Source: the human T2T-CHM13v2.0 reference genome, Homo sapiens. From it: a stretch of DNA of 64,000 bases. A program made the translations under genes and the position numbers. Below the pieces are notes generated by a model that worked only from the letters and a program-made list of their open reading frames with translations, had not been told where the DNA came from and made no database searches. Positions 44,007 to 60,699 of this stretch are shown in pieces (positions within the stretch are counted from its first letter, which is position 1; each line of letters starts with the position of its first letter). The DNA lies in the NCBI RefSeq assembly GCF_009914755.1, contig NC_060934.1. One strand, given 5' to 3'.

Positions 44007-46277
44007 GAGTGGATGATCCCTGAGATCTCTTCCAGCTCTAAAATTTTTATAACTCAGCTCTGTCAATTTCCTGGACTTATTGGAAGATACAAGGTACTCC
44101 CTGAATCTCTGCTTTATTTAATTTTGTTTGGTGCTGTTTCTCATCCTACTCTAAGTTGCTTTCCCTTAGAAATTATTTCCTTCCCCCAACCCCCCATTCT
44201 TTGTGTACTGCCAAACAGAATGTTTGTTTAAGTAATATTAGTGAAATACATTTCCAGAACTGCTCTTTGGGGAAATTTAAATGAAATTTTAAAGTATCAT
44301 TAAGAATGCAAACAATAAATTCTTTGATTAGCTGTAGGCATCTTTACATTGGGATGACTAAAAAAGGTTCTGGTTAATTAGAAGTAATTTGTTAGGAACC
44401 TGAATTCTCTTTTTTTCTCTCTCAGAGTAAAACTCAGTTCCCAGCTGGATGCTTATAAGTGCAGGAAATGTCATTGTCAGATGATTAATTGCAAAAGATA
44501 GATAATTAGAGTTCATATGCTGTGTCAAATATGGATAACCAAGAGGTTGACTTACATGTTGAAAGGGAGCAGCTGAAATCTAGATTGTGGGTTGTGGCTA
44601 TATATAGGTAATTTACCTTTACTACAAGAGCTTGTAGAATGAACATTTGCCTGAACTTTGCCTTTTTAATCCCATTTTGATCAAATTCCTCACAATAAAA
44701 AATATTGGAAGAGTTCCCACTACCTGAAATCTGGATTAGAAAATTGAGCTGTTGCTGAGCCACCATTCTAACGTCAAATAAAAGATTTGGGCCATTGTCA
44801 TTACCTTGTTCTTTTTAACTCTCTATTAAACTTACCTGATATATTTTTACCCAGTTGAAATGACTTGTTTTTATTTATTAATTTTCAGTGGTTAGACCTT
44901 ATTTCTTTTTAAATCAATGCCACTTGTTCCTGGAAATTAAGTGCTTTCATGGTAAATTATTGGATCTCAAGATGGAATCATTTTTGCCTTTTTAAAATAA
45001 ATGTATTTCTGCTGTTTCTTTTTAAATCATCCAACAACAACAACAAAATAGTGAAATGAGAAAAAAGTCTTACAACCTGTCGGTGATTAAATAGCCATCT
45101 CCAGTTTGGCTCACCGGTTGGTTTATTGAAAGTCACAGTGAAATTAATAAATACGACATTTTTCTCTTGCATTTGTAATAAAACTCTTTCTCAATCTTCT
45201 AAACTTTGTATTTTTACTAAAGAGTTTTTCAGCCCTCATAAATACTGTTTTACAGATTCAGCTAATGACCCAAATCCAGCTTGTTTGTTGTGTAGGAGTT
45301 GTATTAAAATAACTCACTATATGTGTATTGTCATTAATGATATGCTCATTTTGATAATGGGGCTGCAGATTCTTAGTCTATAGTCCTTGGGGAGATGCTA
45401 CAATTTTTTTTTTTTTTTTTTTAAACTAAGTATTGTTCTGGCTCCTTTCCTTGATTGGCCCAGAAATAGCAATCAGCTGGGGAGCAGGATGACATGCCTC
45501 TTAGCGATCCCTTTGATCTTTGAGATGAGTATCAACATTGTATGCTTCCTAATGGAAGTGTAATTTAATGAAATCTATTGGGTAAACATACTTCAGATGT
45601 TCAAAGGAGGTGACAAAATTTTTGCTGGCAGCCGGGACCTGGCTGCTTTCCAGCTTGCCTCTAGCTGCTATGCATATAGCATTGAGAAAGGCACTTAAAA
45701 TAGGAACACAAAGTATTATTTTCATTGTGTTTCAACCCCCCTGCCCACCCTCCCCTACCAGTTTCTTTCCCTTAAGTTTATTTCTGTGGTGTTTCTGCAA
45801 GTGCTCTTTGACATATCACCTTTCCCCAGTATAAAGTGGAATGTGAGATCTGATCTTTTTATATTTTCCTTGGTTTATTTCATGACAAGAGTAGAACATT
45901 CGATGTATGGCACCAAACTCAGGAGAAGTTGTAGGCAGGAGACTTACATCAAAATCCTAGAGGGAAAAAATGTACTCTAAAAAAAGGACATATTTCAGTA
46001 CCAGTTGATTAAATTAAACATTCTATTTTGAGAGGAGATGATAGAGCATTTTTGTTTTAACAATCCTTGGAAAAGTGTAATGGAAATAAGCATAGACAGC
46101 AGGAGTCAGGGGACCTGACTAATCTCAGTGAAGTTACTTTCTAGCTGAGTCATGTAAGGCCAGTTACTTTCTCTCTCTGGACCTCAGTTTCCTTATCTGT
46201 AAGATGAAGAGATTGTATCAAGTGGTTCTAAAGGTCATTTTCAGCTCTGAGATGTGATTCTTTTTAAGACTGAAGAT

Positions 46278-46606
46278 CAGCACTGTTCAATAGAAGTGTT
46301 ATGGCAGCCACATATGTAACTTTAAGTTTTCTAGTAACCACATCAAAAAATGCAGAACAAAAGAGGCGAAATTGATTTTAGTAATATATTTTCTTTAATC
46401 TAATAGCTCCAAACAAAATATTACCGTTTCAAAATGTAATAAATATTAAAAATTTTAATGAGATATTTTACATTCTTTTTTTCTTGTCTTCAGAGTCCAA
46501 TATATGTTTTACACCTACAGTAGATTTCAGTTCTGACTATCCATATTTCAAGGGCTCAGTCATCACATGTGGATGGTAACTACTGCACCACATTATACAG
46601 CAGCTC
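46278..46606. mobile_element. MER33/MER3-like hAT MITE
   Basis: cagcactgttcaatagaa...ttttctagtaaccacat...atatttcaagggctcagtcatcacatgtgg. Confidence 0.75.
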
Positions 46607-46699
46607 TAGGTGCTACAATGCAACTATGCCAAACCACTTTTCCAGGAGCCTGTTGGGCATAAAAATAAAGGTTCCTAAGCCTCCGCCTCTTCCCTCAGC

Positions 46700-46876
46700 C
46701 AGTGGTTCTCAATTTTGGCAGCACATTAGAATCACCTGCAGAGCTTTAGAAACTACTGATGCCTGGATCCCCTGCCAGAGATTTTAGTTTAGTTGGTCTA
46801 GGTGTAGCCAGGACCCAGGGATTGTTTTAAAAAGCTCCCCAGGTGATTCCAATGTTCGATCAAGGTTGGGCACTGC
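46700..46876. mobile_element. MER5-type hAT MITE
   Basis: cagtggttctcaa...cattagaatcacctg...ccccaggtgattccaatg...aaggttgggcactg. Confidence 0.8.
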
Positions 46877-47249
46877 CTCCCTAGACATAATGTTCTTAAA
46901 AGGCAGCTGTGTCTTATTCCACAGACTTCCCATTGCTAACGAAGATTCTGTCGTCTCCAATCTCCCCTTTTCCACCCCACTTTCTTGTCAATAAGGGGTA
47001 TATAGAATCTTTAGATCAGTCCCAAAATGTTGTCACTCAGTAAACCATAAACTGAGGGACTAATAGATATTTGTGGACACTCTGAAGTGTTTTCAGAAAA
47101 ATAACAACAAGAAACATCATATAAGGTACAAGGGGAGCCTTTGATATTAGCCCTAAGGGTCTTTTACACTCAGAAATTCTGCGCGGTATATCATTGCAAT
47201 TGCCGCAGTCAGTAGTACTGTTTTGATATTATAACAGATTTATTTGTTA

Positions 47250-49660
<2,411 letters not shown>

Positions 49661-50199
49661 ACCAGCTAGCTGCTTTTAAAATTTAAACCTGTGGACATTT
49701 TCTATATTATTACCCAGATTAATGTTAATATTGGGCTATAATAAAATTTGAAAACAGGCTTGGGAAGCTAAGAATCGGAGCTTTTTTTCAGTAGTAACTC
49801 AAATGCTTTTAAGGTCTCAGTAATTGTTTAAGGTATATGAATGCAAAAACTGATGGAAATGTGTCTTTTTTGATTCATTGAAGAGGCCTGAATGTTTTAC
49901 CACAGTATTTTTACTTTAGAAAAATTAGGTCAATAATAGGAATCACATGCCAATGGTCCGTTTCATTGATGGGAAGAATTCAGTAATGGTCTTTTTTTTT
50001 TTTTTTTTTTTTTTTAGTTAAAAAAAAATTTTCTCCATAAATTTTTATTTGAAAGCTTTCAAGCATATAGAAAAGTGAGAAGAAGTGTACAATTGCCCAG
50101 GTACCTGTACCTAAATTCAATAACTGCTAATGCTTTTTCCTCGTTTGCTTTCTCTCTAGGAGAGGGATTCTTTAATTCAATCTGTGAATGTTTCTCAAG

Positions 50200-50835
50200 A
50201 AGGAATTAAGGATAAAGTCCCAAGTTTCTATCTTGAATGACTAGGTGTTTCAAGAGATGGCACTACCTAATTAAGTTGGGAGAGACTAGGGGTGGGGCAA
50301 GTTGGTTTTATTTTGGTAGGGGAATAGTTGTTGTAGAATCAGTAATTCACTTTACGTGTTTTAAATTTGAGATACTTCAGATACATCCCAGTGGAGAAAT
50401 TAAATAGCCAGTTTGAGTTCAGAAGAGAGTTAAATATCAAGTTTGATTTCAGAGGAGAAACTGAGTTAAACCAATTTTGACGTCAGCATATAGATATTAT
50501 TTAAAGTTTCAGAAATAAATGAGGATACTTAGGGAGAGAAGAGAGTTCTCGACCAAGCTCGCAGGAATTGTATTTAGAGTTCAAGTAGAATTTAGAATTG
50601 TATTTAGAATTGTATTTAGAGTTCAATTCAATGACTTGAATTGAATTATGAAAAAAGCTTCTAATCAGGAAGATCATTTCTACAGAAGAGACTATTTCAA
50701 AAAAGAGGGCATTTTAACCAAGTTGAATGCTATTGAGAAGCTGAGTGAAATGAAGACATAAAAAAGTATCTATTAGATTGTCAGCATGATGGTCACCGTT
50801 AACCTTGACAAGAACCTGTAGGTTGAGTGGTAGGA
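50200..50835 (+). mobile_element. L2 fragments
   Basis: ttaaatttgagatacttcagatacatcccagtggaga...gtcagcatatagat L2-like motifs. Confidence 0.55.
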
Positions 50836-50870
50836 CCTAAGATTCAGCAAATCCCTTTAAAGCCTGACTT

Positions 50871-51028
50871 GGCCAGGTGCGATGGCTCACGCCTGTAATC
50901 CCAGCACTTTGGGAGGCCAGGCCTAAGTGGGAGGATCACTTGAGCCAAGAATTCAAGACCAGCATAGGCAAATGGGGAGACCCCCCCCCCCCCCCCCCCC
51001 CGCCGTCTCTAAACAAAATAAAAATAAG
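50871..51028 (+). mobile_element. Free left Alu monomer (FLAM-like) with internal C21 run
   Basis: Left arm only; TSD taaagcctgac at 50858-50868 and 51029-51039. Confidence 0.88.
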
Positions 51029-51074
51029 TAAAGCCTGACATGATCATTTCTAACCATAGTTGTTGAAGTATTTA

Positions 51075-51399
<325 letters not shown>

Positions 51400-51834
51400 T
51401 TAAGGCAAAATTATTGCTTTATTAAACAAATTCAGTTTTAGGTTCATTTCACTTAAGCAGATATTTATCAGTAACTCATTCAAATACTCTTGATAATGTA
51501 GATGGTGACAATGGGCACTGCAATTTTTCAGTCAGTGTGAACCTGATATGCTGCTGACAAAGGACTGTTTCAGCTAAGAACACAAGTTTACTCTGAATGT
51601 ATATGTGATCACAACCACTTAAAAGTATTTTTCAGCAGAGTTTTTTTTATACCTCTTTTCTTTCTAACCAATACAACTGCCAGTTGTACCAATGTTTAAA
51701 GTAAGTTGCCTTAAAAATAAAAAATAAACAAGCTAGCTATTCTTTCTTTGGCAATAGGGGGTAGAGGTAATGATGATAAAAGAAGGGAAACATATGAGGA
51801 CATGTGACTAGATTGATTATTATAAAGTGATTTA

Positions 51835-52158
<324 letters not shown>

Positions 52159-52159
52159 T

Positions 52160-52386
52160 TAGAAGCTTTGCCTGGTTTTAAGTTCTTGCTCTGATACTTA
52201 TTTTCTTTCTGAACTTGGGCAAATTATTTAATGTCTGTGCTTCAGTTTTCCTATCTGTAAAATGGAAATAATGTCTGCCTCAAAGGATTATTGTGAAGAG
52301 TAAATTAACATACACACACACGTACTCACAGCTCTTAGAATAATGCCTGATCCATAGTAAGCTCAAAAGATATATTAGCTATTATT
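52160..52386 (+). mobile_element. MIR
   Basis: cttgggcaaattatttaatgtctgtgcttcagttttcctatctgtaaaatggaaataat. Confidence 0.8.
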
Positions 52387-53999
52387 TTTGTCTGACACAA
52401 ATTAGGTTTGTTTTTAACTAACTTGCTGAATTTCAGAGTAAAATATAATCTAAATTAGGCCAAACTTTCCAAGAGAGATGGTTCCTTTGGCTTGAGACTT
52501 TCCTCAGTTGTAAACCCACAAACCACACTTGGTTACTCAGTGTATTGAGTGACACCATTTAATTACTGATTCACCTTACTTTACCGTTATTGTATTATAT
52601 TTTCCAGCTCTAGAAAACAGACCTGGATGAATATGTAAATAGGTTAAAGTTTATCTCTCATGTACAGTCTCACATAAACTAGTGCCAGTTTTACTTACGG
52701 GAAAGAATGAAAGATATTTGATTAACTTCTTCTAAAAGTTATAGTTCTTAAAATAAGAAATCATGCTGTTATTTTCAGCTGACTCCCCACTGTTTATATT
52801 AAATGGCATGAAATATTATAATAGATTACCCCTAAATAATTTTCATTATGATTCAGAATATTTGATGTTCTTTGGTATGACCTTTCTCCACTGGATTATG
52901 TCCTACATATAAATGCTTTCTCTCCAAGCATTCAGAATGCACTTGAGTTCTTATTTAAAACAAGTCTCTGTCAGCAGCCAGCCAGGTTTATACTGACTGA
53001 AGAATTGGTCTTTCTATTTTATTAGACCATAATCTGCATTTTCCTCATCCATAAGGGGATAAGGTTAAGTTATTCTTAAAGAGTCTCATAATTCTGAAGT
53101 GCTATTATTCTATGATTTATAAAATGTTAATATATATTTATACTTTATTCTGTGACAGCATTAAAGTTGGTTTATTTTGTTTGAAGTTGGATACTTTTCC
53201 TCTTACTTGATTTATCCACAGATTCCAAACACATGGTAAACTAATCTCCTCATCGCCGCCACCACCACCAAATGAGCTCAATGGGATTTCCTTACTTCTT
53301 AGAGTTCCTAGATACTTCTGTAAAATCTTCTTTCTTAAAAAAAAAATTTATAAAATGTGCTGTGACTATTTAGAGGAACAAAATGACCATAATTTGCAAA
53401 TATATTTAAACTAGACAGAAAAGAAAAAAATAAAGATTGTGGGATACATTCATTGTAACTATTGATTTGCTATTTTTGAGTTTACTCATATGGGGCTCAA
53501 ATGAAATAAAGATTGAGTGGACGCAGTTAGAGTTTTGACCACCATTTTTTTTTTGTTTGTTTGTTTATGTGACTTCCAAGGGTTATCATATTTAGATGAA
53601 CAATTTTCTTAGAAATGCTGTTGCTTCAAGTGGTAGGTGCTCTATTCAGGTAGCCTGTCACTTTAATAAATGTCTTCCCTCCTAAGTGTCTCTACCTAAA
53701 TTATTCTATTTTCACCACTGGGACTGAAATGTTTTCCAGTAGAGTTTTATCTAAACAGAAAGGGGGCGGGAGGGTTGGTACCATCAATCATTCATCTGCT
53801 AGATGTCAGCAAAGGCTTAAATGAAGAAATAACCAGGCTTTGGGAAAAGTTGCCTTATCTAGTCTGTATCCTGTACAAATATTTCAACATTAGGTAAGGG
53901 GAGATATGGCATTTAATAAGTATATATAAGGAAAAATTAGAGTATTTAACTTCTTTTTACATTGTATTGCTTGCAATACTATGATAGATATCATACCTC

Positions 54000-54860
54000 T
54001 GAAACTTTTTTGCTAAAGTCACACGTGACCCCTGTTTCTGAGGTCTTTCTCCAGCTTTTATCTTACTTGTCATCTATGTAGAACTTGATTCCCTCCCTCC
54101 TTCTTGAAACTAGCTTCCTTGATTCCATACTCTCTTGGTCTCTCCCTGGGTCTCTGTTCTGAATCTCCATTGGATTCTCTTTTTCTGCTTTCATCTTAAT
54201 GTTTGCATTTTCATGTCATTGTTGTTTTGACTTGTCATCTCTTTATTTTCTCTGGTTAATTTTATGTATGCCCATGGCTTTCACCAATGTCTATAGATTA
54301 ACGACTTCAAAATTATATCTCTAGCCTAGACTTTCACATTGCATTCTCCACCATTTTTTCAATTGTCCATTTCACATGTCCCAGTCCTACAGACATTAAA
54401 CTACAGTCTTCCAACTTGAATTCATTAAACTTATTATCTTTTCTCCAAAACCTGTTCTTCTTCCTGCATTTCTTCTTCCCGCATTTATTATGCTGGTTAA
54501 CGCATATGTTGGTTATTCTAATTAATGTGCCATCTACACAGTTACCCATATGAGAAACCTTGAAGACATTTCATACTTGTTTCTTTGCCTTACCCTCACC
54601 CCCACTACGTCTCATGGATTCCACCTCTAGAATATCTCTCCCTCCATCTTCACTGTTGCTCTCTAAATGAGGGCCACATGGTCACTCTCTTGACATGTCA
54701 CTCTCTTGTTCTCTTGACGTTTAGGAACCAGCCTGAGACTTCTGTCTTCAGTCAAGTCCTCCTGTCTGTTTTCCACTTTGAGTTGAGAGGAAACTCCTGA
54801 AAAACGTAAAGCTGACTATATCAAATTATTGTTTTCATGACTTTACAGTACCTATAGGAG
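54000..54860. mobile_element. L2 fragments
   Basis: Pyrimidine-rich L2-like sequence (cccatggctttcaccaatgtctata...acttcaaaattatatctctagcc). Confidence 0.6.
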
Positions 54861-54954
54861 TTCATAAAGCCTCAGTCTACCAGTTAAATCTAGCTAAAAG
54901 ACATGATATCCTTGGCCTTTTCAGTGTTTTTCATACATTGAAATTGGTTGCCAA

Positions 54955-55270
54955 GGCCGGGTGTGGTGACTCATGCCTGTAATCCCAGCACTTTGGGAGG
55001 CCAAGGTGGGCGGATCATGAGGTCAAGAGATCAAGACCATCCTAGCCAACATGGTGAGATCCCGTCTCTACTACAAATACAAAAATTAGCTGGGTGTGGA
55101 GGCTCGCGCCTGAAGTCACAGCAAGTCGGGAGGCTGAGGCAGGAGAATTGCTTGAACCCAGGAGGCAGAGGTTGCAGTCAGCCGAGATCGCACCACGGCA
55201 CTCACTCCAGCCTGGCGACAGACTCCATCTCAAAAAAAGAAAAAAAAGAAAAGAAAAGAAAAAAAAAAGA
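54955..55270 (+). mobile_element. AluS
   Basis: Full Alu; near-identical flanks aaattg(g)ttgccaa. Confidence 0.95.
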
Positions 55271-56815
55271 AAATTGTTGCCAACATTAAAATATTGAGAG
55301 ATATCACATGCATTCAAATTTCAGGTTTCTACAGAAATTCTGAGAGATCTGGAAAATTTGGAAATAGCTAAAGCTAAGTGGCTTTCCACTGGGAGGAACA
55401 TATTTTGTCTGGGTCCCCACTGTCACCTGCCATTTCACCCACTTTTATTATTGGCCTCCCTCCTGTAGGCATCTGAGTTTGCTTCTCCTAGATCAATGTT
55501 GGACTCTTGATTATACCTTTTAAGGCCTCCTATGATGGACCTTTCCTTTCTACCTACCGTTTTCTCTTACAATTCTTTTCCTTTCACCCTTTGCCCATAC
55601 ATGCTAAAGCTCCACCGTTTAGAGTTGTGCCTCACATTTTAGGCCTCAGTTATTTTATACATGCTATGTCCTTATCCTGGAATGTTTCTCCTTTCCTTGT
55701 CTGCTTGACAAACTACTTAGCATGTAAGCCCCAGGTCAGGCTTCTTCTTTGTAAAGCTGTTCTTGACCTGATTCAACCAAGTTAGTTCCTTCCTTTATTT
55801 GACTGTATCAAAATAAACCTCCATTTTCTAGTATGTCAAGTTTACACTTACTGCAATTATTTGTCTTCATGCCTGCCTTTCCTGGTATCATCGAGGAGCT
55901 CACAGTTCAGGAACCTGTTTCATTACTAACACAATGTCTGGCATACACAGCTGCTCAATACATTGTTGTTAAATGAAGAAACAGATGGATGAATATAGAA
56001 CCCTATATCTGTAGTCTTATTTAGATTTGTTATCTTTTTTGGTTTGAGTACAAGATGGTCAATAAAACTTCATGGCTTTATTAAATAATAAAATTTTCTC
56101 CCCAAAACTAGTGGTAATCCTTATTTTATGTCATCATAACATTTTCAGTTTTATAAGTGAAATTCCAATATTTCTGGTCTTTCATGGTAAGCTATTTTAG
56201 TAAATTTAAATCTTTCTGTTCTCTCTTAAGGTAAATTCTTTGTTAAAATTCTTAAAAGATATTTACAAAAAAATGAACAAAAAGAAAGAAATGAAAGAAG
56301 TAAGAAAGTAGATATTCTAAAATTCCACTTCTGATCAACATTTTACCTACTTTGATTTTTAAGAATGCTATATTAATAGTCATACTTTAAAAGGACTCTG
56401 TGTAATTTAGCTACTAATTGGAAGTAAAAACCTTTTTGCTACTCCCTCCCCAACCCCCCACCCCCACCTCCCGCCCTCAGAAATCTAAAACTTTTACACT
56501 AAAATTTTCATGTTTGCTTTTAAATTGAATAGTCAGATTGTTTTTGTTTGTTGGGGATAATTGAGCAACTTATTTTCTAAAATAATGCCTGAAATTAAAA
56601 TGTAGCTCTTTCTTAAAAGGGATAATGCATGAGTTTATAACAGCACAGTTTGTATGTGGGAACTTTTAAAGTTGACATTTACTTCAATTTCTATGATCTC
56701 AGGCCCTCGAGTTTCCACAATATTATATCCTCCGTGCTGTTTTACCAATAAACATAAAGTGGTTAGTTAGCCTTAAAGTTAAGTAGCAAAATATCTCTCT
56801 GCCCATGTTCCCTAG

Positions 56816-57132
<317 letters not shown>

Positions 57133-57784
57133 TTCTTACTCATTTTAAATCTACTATAATTTTTTAACTTATTCTAGGTAAATTAGATATTCATATTTGC
57201 TTGTTGTTATCTGTGTTGCAGTTATACCTGTGACCTTCCAGTCAACAACCCCTACAAAAAAAGAAAGACATTAAATCAAATAGAATTGAATGGTTAACAA
57301 ATGTGATAAATACAGTATATTAGAAGGACGTCTGCAGATGTTTATGTGTTGAATTTCTTACATGAACATGACTGTGGACCCACTGTCATCAGGTCATGCA
57401 TTCTGAATTATTTTGCTAAAAGTGAACTGGTTTTATTTGCATCTCTCTTCATTTTCTTCCCAACTCGTGCTTATGACCAGAAGCATGAGCATATCTTTAG
57501 TGTTGGCTCTAGCCACTGGAATAAAATGTCCCCAGCTTCCTCAAGGATTGAGAGATCGTGACCTTTTCAAGAAAGTGTAAACTCTAACCCTATATAACCC
57601 TGTGTGCTTTTTTAAAAATGGTAATTTAGGATTAAACTTCTTTCTTTTATCATAATTAACTTTGACTTCTTTTTCATTATTCTGTTTCTAGTGTTAGTAT
57701 CCTTCAAGTAACTGAATTCCATGTTTTTACATAGTGATTCTTTAGGAACAAACAAAGGGTTTTATAGAAGTTTGGAGTGTGTTT

Positions 57785-58200
57785 GTTTATTTATTTTTAT
57801 TGATACATAATAGATGTACATATTTTCAGGGTACATGTGATAATTTTATATATTTATATAATCAAATCAGGGGACTTGGGATGTCCATCACCTTAAATAT
57901 TTTTCTTTATGCTAGGAACATTCTAATTATTCTCTTGTGGTATTGAAATGTACAGTAGATTAATGTTAACTCTAGTCATTCTACTGGTCTATGGAACACC
58001 AGGTCTTATTTTTTCTGTCTTACTGTATATTTGTACCCATTAATTAACCCCTCTTCATCCTCCTCTCCCCCATCCTTCTACGCCTGTGGTAACCACCAAT
58101 CTGTTCTCCATCTTCATGAGATCCGCCTTTTTAGTTCCCACATATGAATGAGAACATGTGATATTTGCCTTCGTGTGCTTGACTTATTTCACTTAACATC
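57785..58200 (-). mobile_element. L1MA-type 3' end, antisense
   Basis: ttgatacataatagatgtacatattttcagggtacatgtgata...gagaacatgtgatatttg...ttatttcacttaacat. Confidence 0.85.
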
Positions 58201-58999
58201 ATATAGAATGTACTTTTTATTTCAATTGCTTAGGCTTTCTCTCACTTCTGAAAGAAAGCAAACAAATTTTCTTGCTGCATATTGTTTATCCTAAGAAGAC
58301 AGAAGATGCTCCTTTGGTAAGTTACTAATTTTGTAATTAGTGAAATCTAAAATTAAAATTTTGATTTTGAGCAAATGTCTTCGTTAAATAAATTTTCTAA
58401 GTTTTCTTCAACTAACAGATGGTGGCTTTGGTAGAAATTTTAAGAGGACAACCATTATATTAATGTTTAATTCTTGTGGAGTATATGATAGAAATCATCT
58501 GGTATCACTGATTGGTCAGTTTTGAAAGTTTTATTGCTTGTTGCTATCTACGTGAAATAGTGCATTTCTGTTGTAATCTCTTGGGCATTAGTTACCATTT
58601 CTTATTTCACCCAATGCATATATGTATGATGTCATAGATCTGCAGAAACAGGATAGATAAGATTCACTGGATTCCTTATTCCTTCTTAAATGGGCCAAAG
58701 TGTGATTGTTCTCCATGGCACAGGTTTCAGCATTCTGCCACTTTACGAAATGAGTCAAAAATGGGGATTCCTTCTTTTTCCCTTGAGAAACTGCTCCATG
58801 GTCCAAAAGATCTCACTGTTTTGGAACTTTTCTTAAACTCATGCCTGAAATTTCCCCGTCATTTAAACTATACTGCTGAAAAGTTGTTCTAAAAATACAA
58901 CCTGAAGTTCTTGTTGCACTGTTGGAAAACTTACCTAGAAGATGCTAGAGGTGGTTCTGCCAGTATGATGAAAATGATTACAGTTATGATGATTATAAA

Positions 59000-60460
59000 G
59001 ATGTATAAGGAAAACTCTCCCTTCCACTTCTATTCCCTATCCCATTTTGCCATTCCAACCTCCTCCCAAATCTCCAACCCAGGTAACTACTGTTACGAAT
59101 TGTTTGTGTATCTTTACAGATTCTCTTTAAATATACACAAGCAAATACAAGCGTATATTCTCCCCCAACCCTGCTTTAAACAACAACAAAATGGCACATC
59201 ACACGAAAGACAGCATATGCTATACACACTATTTTACATCCTGCTTTTACAGTCGATGTTGGAGAACTTTCCATATCAATATGTAAAGAGCTTTTTTATT
59301 CTTTTTTTTTTATAGCTTAATGGTCCCATTGTATGGATGTACCAAATTTATTTAACCAATCCATGTGAATTAGCTTTTGCTATTGCACATGCTGCTGAAA
59401 TGAATAACTCTGAACTATGTCATTTTTCATATGGACATTTTTCATAAGAAGTAGAATTACTTATTCAAAGAATATATGGATTTGCAATACTGATCATTCT
59501 TTCATAGTTGTCCTCTATGGGGGATGTATTAATTTACATGACCCCGGCATTGCATGGAGATATTGGTTACTTGCAAATTGAATTATCAGTTATAAAATGA
59601 AGTATCAAACTTCTGAATATTGGTTAACTAATAGGAGTAAAGGGGAGGTCACTGTAGTGTTTATTAGCTTTTATGAGCAAGATGGAATGTCTTTTTATAT
59701 GTTTTCAGAAACCGTTCTTATGCTTTGCTAGTTTTTTTGGTGGGGGGGTGTGTGGGGATTCGTTGTTGATTTCTTTTGTTAAGTTCTATTATTTTTTTTA
59801 ATGCTTTGAAGATTGTTCCTTATCAAAGATGAAATCTGCATGTACTTTTCCAGTTTATTATGTCTATTATTTTGTTTAGTCAAACACTAAATTTATCCTA
59901 TGTTTGTTCTATATGTTGCCGAACATTTTTGTTTTTTATATAGTTGAAATTATTACTCTTATATAGTTATGCTTTTAGAGTCATAGTTGCAAAGGGTTTT
60001 TGCACCTCAGGATTATAAAAAATTAAGTTTAATCCTGTTTGTCTTGTCTTTAATGGTTTTACCTTAAATGAGGACTTTTCTTCCACTGTATATTCTCACT
60101 GGTTGTTTGTATGACTTGATTTCTATATTTTAATTTTGTAGCATGCTACCGTATTAAATTCACTTATTGTTTGCAATTCAGTTTATTCTCTTGAATTTTT
60201 GAGATATACAATTATATCATCTGTAAGTAATGATGGTTTTACCTCTTCCCTTCCAATTTTATGCTTCTAACTTCTTTTACTAATCTAATTATGTTTGCTA
60301 GTATTTCTAGTAAAATGTTAAATAATAGTAGTGTTAGTGGTCACTTTATTGTCTTTTTTTAAAACAGCTTTATTGAGATATACTTGACATATATGTGGCT
60401 GTGCGTAAACTATGTTATATGCTTGTTTTTTATTCCTGTGGTGCTTACTTCTTGCCTTCT
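59000..60460 (-). mobile_element. Old L1 (L1ME-like) fragments, antisense
   Basis: Degenerate antisense L1 motifs (ccattgtatggatgtaccaaatttatttaacc; atatcatctgtaagtaatgatggttttacctcttcc). Confidence 0.65.
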
Positions 60461-60476
60461 GTGGGTAAATCACATA

Positions 60477-60642
60477 ATTTTTTTTTTTTTTGAGATGGGG
60501 TCTTGTTCTGTCACCCAGGCTGGAATGCAGTGGTGTAACCACGGCTCACTCTAGTCTTAACCTCCCAGGCTCAAGCAATCCTCCCACTTCTGCCTCCTGA
60601 GTAGCTGGGACTACAGGTGTGTGCCACCACACCTGGCTAATT
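60477..60642 (-). mobile_element. Alu right monomer (FRAM or truncated AluJ)
   Basis: Right arm only; TSD taaatcacata. Confidence 0.88.
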
Positions 60643-60699
60643 TAAATCACATAGTTTTTAATATTCTGTTCTATCTTATTTATTAAAATTTTAGTTATA

